Positions 1 to 13,030 of a stretch of 64,000 nucleotides of DNA are shown here, in pieces. The position numbers and the translations under genes were made by a program. This stretch comes from Escherichia coli (GTDB lineage Bacteria > Pseudomonadota > Gammaproteobacteria > Enterobacterales > Enterobacteriaceae). How positions within the stretch are numbered: position 1 is the stretch's first letter; each line of letters starts with the position of its first letter. The DNA lies in the NCBI RefSeq assembly GCF_965641715.1, contig NZ_OZ282453.1; one strand, 5' to 3'. The notes under the pieces are model-generated. The model had not been told where the DNA came from. It ran no database searches and was given only the letters and a program-made list of their open reading frames with translations.

Positions 1-43
1 AAAACTAACGCGTAAATAATCCCGAATTGACGGTTAACTCGGG

Positions 44-76
44 CATTCCCCTCTCCCCTTCGGGCTGAGGGGAATG
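44..76. terminator. GC-rich hairpin 3' of cdaR (stem cattcccctc / gaggggaatg)
   Basis: 10-bp perfect inverted repeat read directly; sits just past the cdaR stop. Confidence 0.5.
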
Positions 77-107
77 AGCCAGCGCCGCCTCAACCTTAAC
101 GCATAAC

Positions 108-1265
108 CTACCGCTCTTCATCCAGTTGTAACGCCACATACAGCAGCAACCTGTCATCAAAATTGCCCAAATCAAGCCCGGTCAGTTCCGATATACGATT
201 AAGCCGATACTCCAGGGTATTACGATGAATAAACAACGCCTTTGACGTTGCCAGCGGTTGCACATTGTGACGAAACCACGCCGCCAGCGTTCGTCGCAGC
301 AAGCCGTTATTGTCCATCGCTTTCAGCCGCGCCAGCGGTCGCGCCAGTTCGTTGGCCTGCCAGTCGCCACGCAAACTGTCGAGTAACACAGGTAACATCA
401 GATCCTGATAAAAATAGCAGCGACTTTCTGGCATCCGCTGTTTACCCACCACCATCGTCGTTTTCGCCGTACGATAGGATCGGGCAATACTGCCAGGACC
501 GGTAAAATAGTTGCCCAGTGAAACGCGAAAACGCAGCTGGCCGTACTCTTTCATGCGGGTAATCAGTTGTTCAACTCGCTTACGATGATCTTCTGCATCC
601 CAGCGCCCAAAAGAGTTCAACGCCGGTTTCAACACCACCATTTCGGTTAGCGAGACAATCGCCACCAGATTATTACGCTCGGGCGTAGTCAGCGCGTTTT
701 GCAGTTGTTGTAACTCCGCCATTGCGCTGTCCACACCAAGCTGACCGCTGTCGACCTCAACAATAGCCACCACTCGCGGTTGATTGAGATCGATCCCCAG
801 CCGTTGCGCCCATTCCGTAAGTGCGGGAGTATTTTCCTCAGCCTGAATCAGGTTCATCACCAGTTCTTCCCGCAAACGGCTATCCTGCGCCAACAAGTGC
901 ATCAACCGCGACTGTTCCAGCATCATTTCAGCCGTCATGCAGACCAGTTCGCCATATTTACGCAGATTCTCTGGTTCACCTGTCAGGCCAATTACGCCGA
1001 CAATTTCACCTTCCAGCCGTAACGGTAGATTAATCCCCTGCCGCACACCGTGCAGATGACGTGCCACCGCGTCATCGATATCGACGACTCGTCCCTGTGA
1101 AAGTACCAGCAATGCACCTTCGTGCAATTCACCAATACGCTCACGATCGCCGCTGCCGATAATTCGCCCACGGGCATCCATTACGTTGATATTGGTATCG
1201 ATGATGCGCATGGTACGTGCCACGATATCCTGCGCCATTTTGGTATCAAGATGCCAGCCAGCCAT
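108..1265 (-). CDS. cdaR: Carbohydrate diacid regulator CdaR (SdaR)
   Basis: ORF 108..1283; product begins MAGWHLDTKMAQDIVARTMRIID (385 aa from that Met), C-terminal HTH; synteny next to degP. Confidence 0.9.
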   Translation of the reverse strand: MAGWHLDTKMAQDIVARTMRIIDTNINVMDARGRIIGSGDRERIGELHEGALLVLSQGRVVDIDDAVARHLHGVRQGINLPLRLEGEIVGVIGLTGEPENLRKYGELVCMTAEMMLEQSRLMHLLAQDSRLREELVMNLIQAEENTPALTEWAQRLGIDLNQPRVVAIVEVDSGQLGVDSAMAELQQLQNALTTPERNNLVAIVSLTEMVVLKPALNSFGRWDAEDHRKRVEQLITRMKEYGQLRFRVSLGNYFTGPGSIARSYRTAKTTMVVGKQRMPESRCYFYQDLMLPVLLDSLRGDWQANELARPLARLKAMDNNGLLRRTLAAWFRHNVQPLATSKALFIHRNTLEYRLNRISELTGLDLGNFDDRLLLYVALQLDEER

Positions 1266-1383
1266 AAGTCCTCCGTTATGCACGGCTTAGCATAAGGAAG
1301 TACGTAACGTACGGCATTGTGCAAATGCCTAAAGGATGATGAAGATGTATGGAGTTGTGGTGAAGTTCACAGATTGTAAGGAG

Positions 1384-1411
1384 AACCCCTTCCCGTTTTC
1401 AGGAAGGGGTT
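1384..1411 (-). terminator. Hairpin downstream of degP (ccccttcc / ggaagggg)
   Basis: inverted repeat 9 bp past the degP stop. Confidence 0.5.
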
Positions 1412-1419
1412 GAGGGAGA

Positions 1420-2844
1420 TTACTGCATTAACAGGTAGATGGTGCTGTCGCCGCGCTGAATGTTCAGTGCCAGCACAGACGGTTTGCTGTCGAGAACTTT
1501 ACGCAGTTCAGCGATGTTTTTCACTGCCTGCTGGTTCGCGCCAATAATCACATCACCTTTCTTCAGGCCGATCTGCGCAGCCGGAGTGCCCGTTTTCACG
1601 TTGTTCACTACCACGCCCTGATCTTTGCCTTTGTTGCTCATCTCAGCACCTTCAATGCCGTTGAAGATGGAGCTGGAATCAACCTGATTCTGGCTGCTCT
1701 GCTGCAGTTCCAGATTCACGTTGACCTGCTTACCGTCGCGCAGCAAGCCCAGGGTCAGTTTGCTGCCCACCGGCATAGTACCCACCTGAGCACGCAGTGC
1801 GGCAAAGCTGCTGATCGGCTTACCGTTCAGTGAGGTGATCACATCACCCGCTTTAATGCCCGCTTTTGCAGCGGAGGAGTTAGGCAGAACCTGGCTTACG
1901 AAAGCACCGCGCTGGGCGTCAACTTTCATCGCTTTCGCCAGTTCGGAGTTCAGCTCAGTCCCCATAATACCCAGCTCACCGCGTTTCACCTGGCCGTATT
2001 CCACCATCTGCGAGGTCAGGTTTTTCACCATGTTGCTCGGGATAGCAAAACCGATACCGATGTTGCCGCCGTCCGGTGCGAGGATCGCGGTGTTGATACC
2101 GATCAGTTCGCCGTTCAGGTTAACCAGCGCACCACCGGAGTTACCACGGTTGATCGCTGCATCGGTCTGGATGAAGTTTTCGTAGTTTTCGGCATTCAGG
2201 CCGCTACGCCCCAGCGCAGAGACAATCCCGGAAGTTACCGTCTCGCCCAAACCAAACGGGTTACCAATCGCTACGGTGTAATCACCCACGCGCAGTGCAT
2301 CAGAATCCGCCATCTTAATTGCGGTCAAGTTTTTCGGGTTCTGGATTTGGATCAGCGCGATATCAGAGCGCGGATCTTTGCCAACCATCTTCGCGTCGAA
2401 CTTACGGCCATCGCTCAGTTGAACTTTAATGACCGTCGCGTTATCAACAACGTGGTTGTTGGTGACGACATAGCCTTTATCGGCATCAATGATGACGCCG
2501 GAACCCAGCGCCATGAATTTCTGTTGCTGGCCGCCACCATTACCGCCCTGGCCACCCTGGCAGAACGGAGAGCTCTGGAACGGAGAACCTTCCTGGCAGA
2601 ACGGAGAATCATCACCGAAGAACTGCTGGAAATTACGCGGCATACGCGGCGTATTAACGGTTGTGCTACCTTCTACGTTAATGCTGACCACTGAAGGCAT
2701 CACCTTTTCGAGCATCGGTGCAAGGCTTGGCATCTGCTGGGCTGTCGTTGCTGAAGAAGTCTCAGCCGCCGTTGCAGAGAGCGGAGATAACGCCAAACCT
2801 AAACTCAGAGCCAGTGCACTCAGTGCTAATGTGGTTTTTTTCAT
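1420..2844 (-). CDS. degP: Periplasmic serine endoprotease DegP (HtrA)
   Basis: 474 aa; signal peptide MKKTTLALSALALSLGLALSPLSATA, trypsin-like core, two PDZ-like C-terminal regions. Confidence 0.95.
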   Translation of the reverse strand: MKKTTLALSALALSLGLALSPLSATAAETSSATTAQQMPSLAPMLEKVMPSVVSINVEGSTTVNTPRMPRNFQQFFGDDSPFCQEGSPFQSSPFCQGGQGGNGGGQQQKFMALGSGVIIDADKGYVVTNNHVVDNATVIKVQLSDGRKFDAKMVGKDPRSDIALIQIQNPKNLTAIKMADSDALRVGDYTVAIGNPFGLGETVTSGIVSALGRSGLNAENYENFIQTDAAINRGNSGGALVNLNGELIGINTAILAPDGGNIGIGFAIPSNMVKNLTSQMVEYGQVKRGELGIMGTELNSELAKAMKVDAQRGAFVSQVLPNSSAAKAGIKAGDVITSLNGKPISSFAALRAQVGTMPVGSKLTLGLLRDGKQVNVNLELQQSSQNQVDSSSIFNGIEGAEMSNKGKDQGVVVNNVKTGTPAAQIGLKKGDVIIGANQQAVKNIAELRKVLDSKPSVLALNIQRGDSTIYLLMQ

Positions 2845-2889
2845 GTATTTCAGTCTCGATTAACAGATAACGCAAAATTGCTGTGTTCT

Positions 2890-2917
2890 TCAGATTCGTT
2901 TTATAGCGCGAAGTTCC
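2890..2917 (-). promoter_or_regulatory. sigma-E (RpoE) promoter of degP: GGAACTT -35, 16-nt spacer, TCTGA -10 (read on - strand)
   Basis: reverse complement of 2890..2917 reads GGAACTTcgcgctataaaacgaaTCTGA; matches the sigma-E consensus about 30-55 nt upstream of the degP start. Confidence 0.7.
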
Positions 2918-2973
2918 GAACTAAAGTTTCTGCAAAAGGTAAAAATTTATTGTTCGTCTTTACAAAAGCCTGG

Positions 2974-4491
2974 TTATTGTTCTACGGCCATCAGACGTCG
3001 GTATTCATCCCACGCATAGAGGTCGGTCATACCGCTGATATAATCCTGCAGCAGGCGGCAACGGTAATAATATTCCCATAGCGGAAACTCAGGAGAATCT
3101 GACGGTAATTTACTGACAGCCTCGACATAGGCCAGCCGATGGCGCGTCGAGAGTTTGTGGAATAAGCGCGATTCAATAGGGAAACGTTTCACCCGTTCTT
3201 TTTCTACCAGTTCAGTAAAGTCTGATAACGACAGGCTTAATAAAGGACGATAAATCTCTAATAATCCGCTAATGACCCGATAGCCCTGCAATTCAAGCTG
3301 CTCGACATCTGGATGGCTAAACACATGTTTTACAGCGACATTTTTATATAGCTTAAGAAGATCGCTGCATTCGCTGGCATCTTCCAATAATGCATGATTA
3401 AACGTTCCGGCGAAAATCGCAGGCAGATTATCAATAAATCGTTGTGCCGCGTAGGGTACCAGTTTATTTAGGGTGTTTACCCGTAAATACATAAAAAACT
3501 GATCTTCCGTACTGCGGCTTAAACTATTTGAGCGTGATTTTTCCCAGGCATTTTCAACCACCAGCGAAAAGAGCGAACCTTTCTCATGCTGGCCCCACGC
3601 CTCGTGCAAATGATGATAAAGCTGCTCAACGGTAAATATTCTTTTCTCTACCGCATCTTCAAGATCTGCCACACAATAGGAGATGTCGTCGGCAGCTTCC
3701 ATAATCCACGTTAATGGAAAACGACTGTAAAGCGCCAAATTAAGTTCTTTACGCAACCGGGCAATATAGGCTTCTTCAGAAAGATAATAACCCGGCTTTT
3801 TCATTAAATAGTGATGTGTCTCAGGCGTTTCGCCACGCCACCACGCTGGACGGGTATATTTTAAAATACCGCCAACCTGCGCCCAGGTGAGATTCATCCG
3901 CATCAATGTATGCACCAGACGAATGCCTTGTGCATTCCCCTCAAAATGACATAAGTCCTGACGAATCTTGCGCCGCAGCTCGTTAAGCGGTTCTTCCCCG
4001 TCCCGTAAACGTAGTGCCGCCACGCTGCAGCGATCGTCAGTCAGAGGCTGGCTTTCGGCATCTTCCGGGTGCAAACGTTGGCGAAACCAGTCATTTATCG
4101 CCGCTTCGCCAAAATGACCAAACGGCGGATTGCCGATATCGTGCATCAGGCATGACATCTCAACAATGCTTTCAAAAGGTCCGGTCAGTTCATCCAGGCC
4201 GTATGCTTCCAGTAATTTAAGCTCTTTCAGACGGCTTAAAATTTCTTTGGCGATGTAGCGCCCCACCTGCTGGACTTCCATCGAGTGGGTAAGACGCGTG
4301 CGCACGGCGGCATTGCGCTCCAGTGGAAAAACCTGGGTCTTTTGTTGCAGACGACGAATTGCCGGAGAGTTGATGATACGCCCGCGATCGCTCTCGAAGA
4401 TCCGCAGGATCTCATGTTCGGTTTTAACGCCCTGCGGTGAACGGTAACGACGATGCCAGTTTATTTTTTTTCGGAAATCAATCTGTGCCAT
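2974..4491 (-). CDS. dgt: dGTP triphosphohydrolase
   Basis: 505 aa; N-terminus [23 protein letters not shown]-domain motifs. Confidence 0.95.
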
Positions 4492-4574
4492 GTCCTCTCC
4501 CGCGTGAGAAATACGCTTCCCCGTAAGCGCATGGTAAACTATGCCTTCAAATCGGGCTTATCGCGAGTAAATCT

Positions 4575-5273
4575 ATGAAAATCGGCATCATTGGTGCAAT
4601 GGAAGAAGAAGTTACGCTGCTGCGTGACAAAATCGAAAACCGTCAAACTATCAGTCTCGGCGGTTGCGAAATCTATACCGGCCAACTGAATGGAACCGAG
4701 GTTGCGCTTCTGAAATCGGGCATCGGTAAAGTCGCTGCGGCGCTGGGTGCCACTCTGCTGTTGGAACACTGCAAGCCAGATGTGATTATTAACACCGGTT
4801 CTGCCGGTGGCCTGGCACCAACGTTGAAAGTGGGCGATATCGTTGTCTCGGACGAAGCACGTTATCACGACGCGGATGTCACGGCATTTGGTTATGAATA
4901 CGGTCAGTTACCAGGCTGTCCGGCAGGCTTTAAAGCTGACGATAAACTGATCGCTGCCGCTGAGGCCTGCATTGCCGAACTGAATCTTAACGCTGTACGT
5001 GGCCTGATTGTTAGCGGCGACGCTTTCATCAACGGTTCTGTTGGTCTGGCGAAAATCCGCCACAATTTCCCACAGGCCATTGCTGTAGAGATGGAAGCGA
5101 CGGCAATCGCCCATGTCTGCCACAATTTCAACGTCCCGTTTGTTGTCGTACGCGCCATCTCCGACGTGGCCGATCAACAGTCTCATCTTAGCTTCGATGA
5201 GTTCCTGGCTGTTGCCGCTAAACAGTCCAGCCTGATGGTTGAGTCACTGGTGCAGAAACTGGCACATGGCTAA
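4575..5273 (+). CDS. mtnN: 5'-methylthioadenosine/S-adenosylhomocysteine nucleosidase
   Basis: 232 aa; [25 protein letters not shown]; divergent from dgt. Confidence 0.95.
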   Translation: MKIGIIGAMEEEVTLLRDKIENRQTISLGGCEIYTGQLNGTEVALLKSGIGKVAAALGATLLLEHCKPDVIINTGSAGGLAPTLKVGDIVVSDEARYHDADVTAFGYEYGQLPGCPAGFKADDKLIAAAEACIAELNLNAVRGLIVSGDAFINGSVGLAKIRHNFPQAIAVEMEATAIAHVCHNFNVPFVVVRAISDVADQQSHLSFDEFLAVAAKQSSLMVESLVQKLAHG

Positions 5274-6066
5274 GTCACTGTTCAGGGCGCTGGTCGCCCT
5301 GTCTTTTCTCGCGCCACTGTGGCTCAACGCGGCACCGCGCGTCATCACGCTTTCTCCCGCCAACACTGAACTTGCCTTTGCCGCCGGGATCACGCCGGTT
5401 GGGGTCAGCAGCTATTCCGACTATCCTCCACAAGCGCAAAAGATTGAGCAGGTTTCCACCTGGCAGGGGATGAATCTGGAACGCATTGTCGCGCTGAAAC
5501 CCGATCTGGTGATTGCCTGGCGTGGAGGTAATGCCGAGCGGCAGGTTGACCAGCTGGCTTCGCTGGGAATAAAAGTGATGTGGGTCGATGCGACAAGCAT
5601 TGAACAAATTGCCAATGCGTTACGTCAACTGGCCCCCTGGAGTCCGCAACCGGATAAGGCCGAACAAGCCGCGCAATCCCTGCTGGATCAGTACGCGCAA
5701 TTGAAAGCGCAATATGCTGATAAATCTAAAAAACGTGTTTTTCTGCAATTCGGCATTAATCCGCCATTTACCAGTGGAAAAGAGTCGATTCAGAACCAGG
5801 TACTCGAAGTTTGTGGCGGAGAAAACATCTTTAAAGACAGCCGGGTTCCCTGGCCGCAAGTTAGCCGCGAACAGGTGTTAGCACGCTCGCCACAGGCGAT
5901 TGTCATTACAGGCGGACCGGACCAAATTCCTAAAATCAAACAATACTGGGGTGAACAGCTCAAAATTCCCGTTATTCCTCTCACGAGTGACTGGTTTGAA
6001 CGTGCAAGCCCACGTATTATCCTCGCTGCACAACAGCTCTGTAATGCGCTTTCACAGGTAGATTAG
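5266..6066 (+). CDS. btuF: Vitamin B12-binding periplasmic protein BtuF
   Basis: ORF 5239..6066; likely start at internal Met ([22 protein letters not shown] signal peptide), overlapping the mtnN stop by 8 nt. Confidence 0.9.
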   Translation: MAKSLFRALVALSFLAPLWLNAAPRVITLSPANTELAFAAGITPVGVSSYSDYPPQAQKIEQVSTWQGMNLERIVALKPDLVIAWRGGNAERQVDQLASLGIKVMWVDATSIEQIANALRQLAPWSPQPDKAEQAAQSLLDQYAQLKAQYADKSKKRVFLQFGINPPFTSGKESIQNQVLEVCGGENIFKDSRVPWPQVSREQVLARSPQAIVITGGPDQIPKIKQYWGEQLKIPVIPLTSDWFERASPRIILAAQQLCNALSQVD

Positions 6067-6103
6067 CGCCTGACCTTTTTAGGTGCTCAGTGGGGATTGA
6101 ACA

Positions 6104-6727
6104 ATGCTCGTCTATTGGCTGGATATAGTCGGCACAGCGGTATTTGCCATCTCCGGCGTTTTGTTAGCCGGAAAATTGCGTATGGACCCTTTTGGTGTTC
6201 TGGTACTGGGCGTGGTTACCGCTGTAGGCGGCGGGACAATTCGCGACATGGCGCTGGATCACGGCCCGGTATTTTGGGTGAAAGATCCCACCGATCTGGT
6301 CGTTGCAATGGTAACCAGCATGCTGACCATCGTGCTGGTGCGCCAGCCAAGACGCTTACCAAAATGGATGTTGCCGGTGCTGGACGCCGTTGGTCTGGCG
6401 GTGTTTGTCGGCATTGGCGTGAATAAAGCCTTTAATGCGGAAGCCGGTCCGTTAATCGCGGTTTGTATGGGCGTCATTACTGGCGTTGGCGGCGGGATCA
6501 TTCGTGATGTTCTGGCCCGCGAAATCCCCATGATTTTACGTACAGAAATCTACGCAACTGCCTGTATTATCGGCGGTATTGTCCACGCTACGGCTTATTA
6601 CACATTTTCCGTACCACTGGAAACAGCCAGTATGATGGGCATGGTCGTGACGCTATTGATTCGGCTGGCGGCTATTCGTTGGCATCTTAAGCTACCGACG
6701 TTTGCGCTGGATGAGAATGGGCGTTGA
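6104..6727 (+). CDS. yadS: UPF0126 inner membrane protein YadS
   Basis: 207 aa; two glycine-rich transmembrane repeats (GGGTIRD / GGGIIRD). Confidence 0.9.
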   Translation: MLVYWLDIVGTAVFAISGVLLAGKLRMDPFGVLVLGVVTAVGGGTIRDMALDHGPVFWVKDPTDLVVAMVTSMLTIVLVRQPRRLPKWMLPVLDAVGLAVFVGIGVNKAFNAEAGPLIAVCMGVITGVGGGIIRDVLAREIPMILRTEIYATACIIGGIVHATAYYTFSVPLETASMMGMVVTLLIRLAAIRWHLKLPTFALDENGR

Positions 6728-6738
6728 AGAGAGAAGAT

Positions 6739-6761
6739 GTGCCGGATAGTTTATCCGGCAC
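6739..6761. terminator. Hairpin between convergent yadS and erpA (gtgccggata / tatccggcac)
   Basis: 10-bp inverted repeat read directly. Confidence 0.5.
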
Positions 6762-6773
6762 ATGAACAACAGA

Positions 6774-7118
6774 TTAGATACTAAAGGAAGAACCGCAACC
6801 GCAGGTGCTTTTCGCGTTCGGGTTGGTCACGATGAAACGAGAACCTTCCAGTCCTTCGGTATAGTCAACGGAACCGCCGACCAGATATTGCAGGCTCATC
6901 GGATCAACCACCAGGCCAACGCCCTGTTTTTCGATGGTCATATCGCCTTCGTTCACCTGATCATCAAAGGTGAAACCATACTGGAAGCCGCTGCAACCGC
7001 CACCGGTGATATACACGCGTAATTTCAGATTCGGGTTATCTTCGTCAGCGATCAGGCTTTTAACTTTGTTGGCTGCTGCGTCGGTAAACTCCAGCGGCAG
7101 TGCTACGTCATCACTCAT
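6774..7118 (-). CDS. erpA: Iron-sulfur cluster insertion protein ErpA
   Basis: ORF 6774..7151; 114-aa product from [20 protein letters not shown]; A-type carrier cysteines (GCSG...CGCG). Confidence 0.9.
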
Positions 7119-7199
7119 ATTTTGCTCCAAACGACATCGGCAATTGGGCAAATTCTAACCCAATAATAATCGCCATTATCTAATACCCTGGTATTTCGT

Positions 7200-8639
<1,440 letters not shown>

Positions 8640-8845
8640 TCATACAAATAAGATGACGGCATTTTACTCGCACGTTCCATGAAAATCCTTTGCAAAGCGT
8701 AATGTTTCAAATGCACAAAACTTTTATACTCTAAGAAATCAGGATTGCACCAGTACAAGCAGCCTGATGTTTGACGAGTATTTAACTTGTTATGAATAAC
8801 ATAGAATAGCAGCCATTCACTTTTTCTACGAATCAGGAACCCTCC

Positions 8846-10126
8846 ATGAGTAAGTCTGAAAATCTTTACAGCGCAGCGCGCGAGCTGATCCCTGGCGGTG
8901 TGAACTCCCCTGTTCGCGCCTTTACTGGCGTGGGCGGCACTCCACTGTTTATCGAAAAAGCGGACGGCGCTTATCTGTACGATGTTGATGGCAAAGCCTA
9001 TATCGATTATGTCGGTTCCTGGGGGCCGATGGTGCTGGGCCATAACCATCCGGCGATCCGCAATGCCGTGATTGAAGCCGCCGAGCGTGGTTTAAGCTTT
9101 GGTGCACCAACCGAAATGGAAGTGAAAATGGCGCAACTGGTGACCGAACTGGTCCCGACCATGGATATGGTGCGCATGGTGAACTCCGGCACTGAAGCGA
9201 CAATGAGCGCCATCCGCCTGGCCCGTGGTTTTACCGGTCGCGACAAAATTATTAAATTTGAAGGTTGTTACCACGGTCACGCTGACTGCCTGCTGGTGAA
9301 AGCCGGTTCTGGCGCACTCACGTTAGGCCAGCCAAACTCGCCGGGCGTTCCGGCAGATTTCGCCAAACATACCTTAACCTGTACTTATAACGATCTGGCT
9401 TCTGTACGCGCCGCGTTTGAGCAATACCCGCAAGAGATTGCCTGTATTATCGTCGAGCCGGTGGCAGGCAATATGAACTGTGTTCCACCGCTGCCAGACT
9501 TCCTGCCAGGTCTGCGCGCGCTGTGCGACGAATTTGGCGCGTTGCTGATCATCGATGAAGTGATGACCGGTTTCCGCGTAGCGCTAGCTGGCGCACAGGA
9601 TTATTACGGTGTGGAACCGGATCTCACTTGCCTGGGCAAAATCATCGGCGGTGGAATGCCGGTAGGCGCATTCGGTGGTCGTCGTGATGTAATGGATGCG
9701 CTGGCCCCGACGGGTCCGGTCTATCAGGCGGGTACGCTTTCCGGTAACCCGATTGCGATGGCAGCCGGTTTCGCCTGTCTGAATGAAGTCGCGCAGCCGG
9801 GCGTTCACGAAACGCTGGATGAGCTGACAACACGTCTGGCAGAAGGTCTGCTGGAAGCGGCAGAAGAAGCCGGAATTCCGCTGGTGGTAAACCACGTTGG
9901 CGGCATGTTCGGTATTTTCTTTACCGACGCCGAGTCCGTGACGTGCTATCAGGATGTGATGGCCTGTGACGTCGAGCGTTTTAAGCGTTTCTTCCATATG
10001 ATGCTGGATGAAGGTGTTTACCTGGCACCGTCAGCGTTTGAAGCGGGCTTTATGTCTGTGGCGCACAGCATGGAAGATATCAATAACACCATCGATGCTG
10101 CACGTCGGGTGTTTGCGAAGTTGTGA
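8846..10126 (+). CDS. hemL: Glutamate-1-semialdehyde 2,1-aminomutase
   Basis: 426 aa; [26 protein letters not shown]. Confidence 0.95.
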
Positions 10127-10133
10127 TGATTTT

Positions 10134-10154
10134 GCCTCGCCCACCGGGCGAGGC
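10134..10154. terminator. Bidirectional hairpin between convergent hemL and fhuB (gcctcgcc / ggcgaggc), followed by attttatt
   Basis: inverted repeat plus T-run read directly. Confidence 0.6.
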
Positions 10155-10160
10155 ATTTTA

Positions 10161-12143
10161 TTAACGGCTCTGCTTTCTCAACAAATAGATAAAATATGGC
10201 GCGCCGATAAAGGTCGACAGCAGCCCCGCCGGGATCTGGAACGGAAACAGCACCATCCGCCCACACCAGTCAGCGAACACCAGCAGTAAACCACCCACCA
10301 GCGCCGAAATCACGATGTGCGGCATCGTCCGTCGAAAGCCCATCATCCGCGCGATATGCGGTGCCATTAAACCAACAAAACTCAACGGTCCAATGGTCAT
10401 CGTCGCGGTCGCCGTCAGGCAAGCCGCTAACAGCAGCAGCGCAATTCGCGTCGGCGTTAACGCCACCCCCACGGCCCGCGCGGTATCACCACCCAGCGGT
10501 AAAATGGTCAGCCAGCGGCGGCACAGCGGGGTAATCGCCAGCAAAATCACCATCACAATTCCGGTGCGCCAGACCTGCGCATCGGTGGCGTTGTAGGTCG
10601 AACCAGAGATCCAGGTCAGCACTTGCGCCATTCGCGGGTCACCACTCGCCTGCAACATCATTAAAAGCATGGTGAATGCGGTACTTAACGCCATCCCCGC
10701 CAGTAACATGCGGTGTGGGGAAAATCCACCGCGCCCGGCGGCGATCATAATAATCAACAGCGTCACCGCCGCCCCGATACTGCCCGCGGGTAACAGCCAG
10801 CCAAAAGCATTACCCGGTACCAGAAACAGCATCAGTACCACGCCAAACGCTGCGCCGGAGCTAATCCCCAGCACTTCCGGGCTTGCCATCGGGTTGCCGG
10901 TCAGTCGCTGAATAATACAGCCCGCCACCGCCAGCATGACGCCCGCAAATAGCGCCGCCATAATTCGCGGCCAGCGCCAGGGCATTAAATCATCGAGCAA
11001 CGCCCCGCTCGCCCACGTCCAGCCGTGCGCATCACGACCAAACGACAGCGCCACCACCACAGCCATCAACAGCAGCACGCCGCCCGCGAGGGCAAACGCC
11101 AGCACATGTTGGCGTTCAGCCGCGACACGATCGTTGACCTTCATATCCGGCGCGCTAATGCTGCGTAAACGCGGCAGCAACCACAGTAGCAGCGGCGCAC
11201 CGATCAACGCAGTGACCGAACCGGTGGACACTTCCATCCACACGCGAGTCAGCCAGAGGATGATTTGATCGGAAAGCCAGAGGATCAGCGCACCAATCAG
11301 CGACGCCAGCATCAACCGTGGCAGCAGACGCCGCGCCCCCAGCATTTTTGCCAGCAGCGGCGCGAACAACCCGATAAAGCCGATAATCCCCACAGCGTTC
11401 ACCAGCAGCGCACTGATGACAATCGCCAGCGACAGCGCCGCCAGACGCGCGAGCGACAAGGCCAGCCCGAGATTGCGCGCCACGCCATCATCAAGCCCCA
11501 TCAGGGTTAACGGACGAAGTAGCAGCAACGTCAGCATCACACCGCCCAGCAACTGCGGCCATAAACGCTCAACACCGCCCCAGTCGGTTTGCGTCAGCGT
11601 TCCGGTGCTCCACAGGAACATGCTTTGCAGTTGGTCATGGTGGAAGATAACCAGTAACTGATTGATTGCCCCACAATAAAGGCTCACTACCAGCCCCGCG
11701 AGGATCAGAGTTACCGGCGACAGCCGTTTCCCCCACGCGACGCCAAAGACAATTAAGCCAACAACGCAAGCCCCTGCCAGCGCAGCAAACTGGCTCGCCA
11801 TAGCACCTGGGATCGCCCAGAGCGTAGTGACGGTAATCCCCAGTTGCGCGCCTGTTGCAACGCCCAACGTCGTCGGTTCCGCCAGCGGGTTACGCAGCAC
11901 TTGCTGAAACAGCACGCCCACCAGCCCCAGGCCTGCGCCCACCAGCAGCGAAATCGCCAGACGCGGCAGCAAGCTGTAGTGAAAAATCATCTGCTCGATG
12001 ACGTCAATATCCGGCGACCAGGCAGCCTGCGCCCACTGGCTACGCGGCAGCGCCTGCGAGAAGTTCATCCAGGTCAGCGCCGTAGCGGCAATCACCAGCA
12101 ACGCCAGCAATAATGCCGGGAAAAGCGCAATACGTTTACTCAC
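10161..12143 (-). CDS. fhuB: Ferric hydroxamate ABC transporter permease FhuB
   Basis: 660 aa, internally duplicated permease; overlaps the fhuD stop. Confidence 0.95.
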   Translation of the reverse strand: MSKRIALFPALLLALLVIAATALTWMNFSQALPRSQWAQAAWSPDIDVIEQMIFHYSLLPRLAISLLVGAGLGLVGVLFQQVLRNPLAEPTTLGVATGAQLGITVTTLWAIPGAMASQFAALAGACVVGLIVFGVAWGKRLSPVTLILAGLVVSLYCGAINQLLVIFHHDQLQSMFLWSTGTLTQTDWGGVERLWPQLLGGVMLTLLLLRPLTLMGLDDGVARNLGLALSLARLAALSLAIVISALLVNAVGIIGFIGLFAPLLAKMLGARRLLPRLMLASLIGALILWLSDQIILWLTRVWMEVSTGSVTALIGAPLLLWLLPRLRSISAPDMKVNDRVAAERQHVLAFALAGGVLLLMAVVVALSFGRDAHGWTWASGALLDDLMPWRWPRIMAALFAGVMLAVAGCIIQRLTGNPMASPEVLGISSGAAFGVVLMLFLVPGNAFGWLLPAGSIGAAVTLLIIMIAAGRGGFSPHRMLLAGMALSTAFTMLLMMLQASGDPRMAQVLTWISGSTYNATDAQVWRTGIVMVILLAITPLCRRWLTILPLGGDTARAVGVALTPTRIALLLLAACLTATATMTIGPLSFVGLMAPHIARMMGFRRTMPHIVISALVGGLLLVFADWCGRMVLFPFQIPAGLLSTFIGAPYFIYLLRKQSR

Positions 12144-13030
12144 GCTTTACCTCCAATGGCGTTATCCAGAACGCGCACAAAGTGCATTGCCGAGAGCGTT
12201 GCACCATAAAACCAGACTGCGGGTACGCGCTGAAAGCGTCCGGCGCGGACAAACGGCATGGCCTGCCACAGCGGCGTTGCCATTAGCGCATCCATGTCTT
12301 TGCTGTTGTCGTGATCAAAACAGAGCACATCAACGTCTTTATACGCTGCCAGACGATCGATGCTGACGGCGGTACTGCCCCAGAAGTTGGTTTCCCCTTG
12401 CCAGGCATTTGGGATGCCGTACTCATCAAGAATTTCCTGGAACAAGCTGTTTGGACCGAAGACCAGCATATGGCGCGGATCGATAAGCGTCGTCAGCAAT
12501 AACGGACGCGCACCACGCTTCACAAAGCGGGGTTTCATGCTGCGGATAAAGTCTTCATATTGCGCTAAATGCGTTTCTGCTGCGCTTTGCAGGTTAAGTA
12601 AATCCGCCATTTCCGTCAGCGATTTACGCGCCATCGCCAGCGGCTGTTTGCCGTCGCTGAAGTTAAATCCACGCCCCGGCGCAATACGAGCCAGCATTTC
12701 TGGTGAAGGGCCATATCCTGCCGACCAGACCATAAACGACGGTTTCATTTCGGTCAGCAGTTCGAGGTTAGGTTCTGTACGCAAACCAACGTCAATCACT
12801 GAGTCCGGCAATGGTGGTTCGCTGACCCACAGGCGATAGTTGATGGTATCCGCCACGCCGTAAGGCACGATGCCGAGCGCCAGCAGTAATTCCACCGGCA
12901 ACCACTCCAGCGCCACAATACGATTGGGATCAATAGCCGCCGCGTGGGCGGTATTCATCTGCCATAACAACGGAGAAAGCGCCATCGCCGTTAACAGTCG
13001 ACGGCGCGAAATAAGAGGTAAGCCGCTCAT
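12140..13030 (-). CDS. fhuD: Ferric hydroxamate periplasmic binding protein FhuD
   Basis: ORF 12140..13033; MSGLPLISRRRLLTAMALSPLLWQMNTAHA signal peptide. Confidence 0.9.
   Translation of the reverse strand: MSGLPLISRRRLLTAMALSPLLWQMNTAHAAAIDPNRIVALEWLPVELLLALGIVPYGVADTINYRLWVSEPPLPDSVIDVGLRTEPNLELLTEMKPSFMVWSAGYGPSPEMLARIAPGRGFNFSDGKQPLAMARKSLTEMADLLNLQSAAETHLAQYEDFIRSMKPRFVKRGARPLLLTTLIDPRHMLVFGPNSLFQEILDEYGIPNAWQGETNFWGSTAVSIDRLAAYKDVDVLCFDHDNSKDMDALMATPLWQAMPFVRAGRFQRVPAVWFYGATLSAMHFVRVLDNAIGGKA

Noticed and set aside
1-19. Possible last codons of the upstream neighbour (yaeH in K-12) ending in TAA
   Set aside because: Too short to establish frame or identity from the window alone.
10127-10160. 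hemL-fhuB spacer (34 bp) and aceF-lpdA spacer (207 bp) seem about 120 bp shorter than I remember for K-12
   Set aside because: Comparison rests only on recalled reference coordinates; both spacers here still contain intact terminators/promoter space, so I cannot support an indel call without an alignment.
10315-12366. Series of 80-160-aa + strand ORFs rich in Ala/Arg/Pro
   Set aside because: All are antisense to fhuB/fhuD; typical spurious frames in GC-rich membrane-protein genes.
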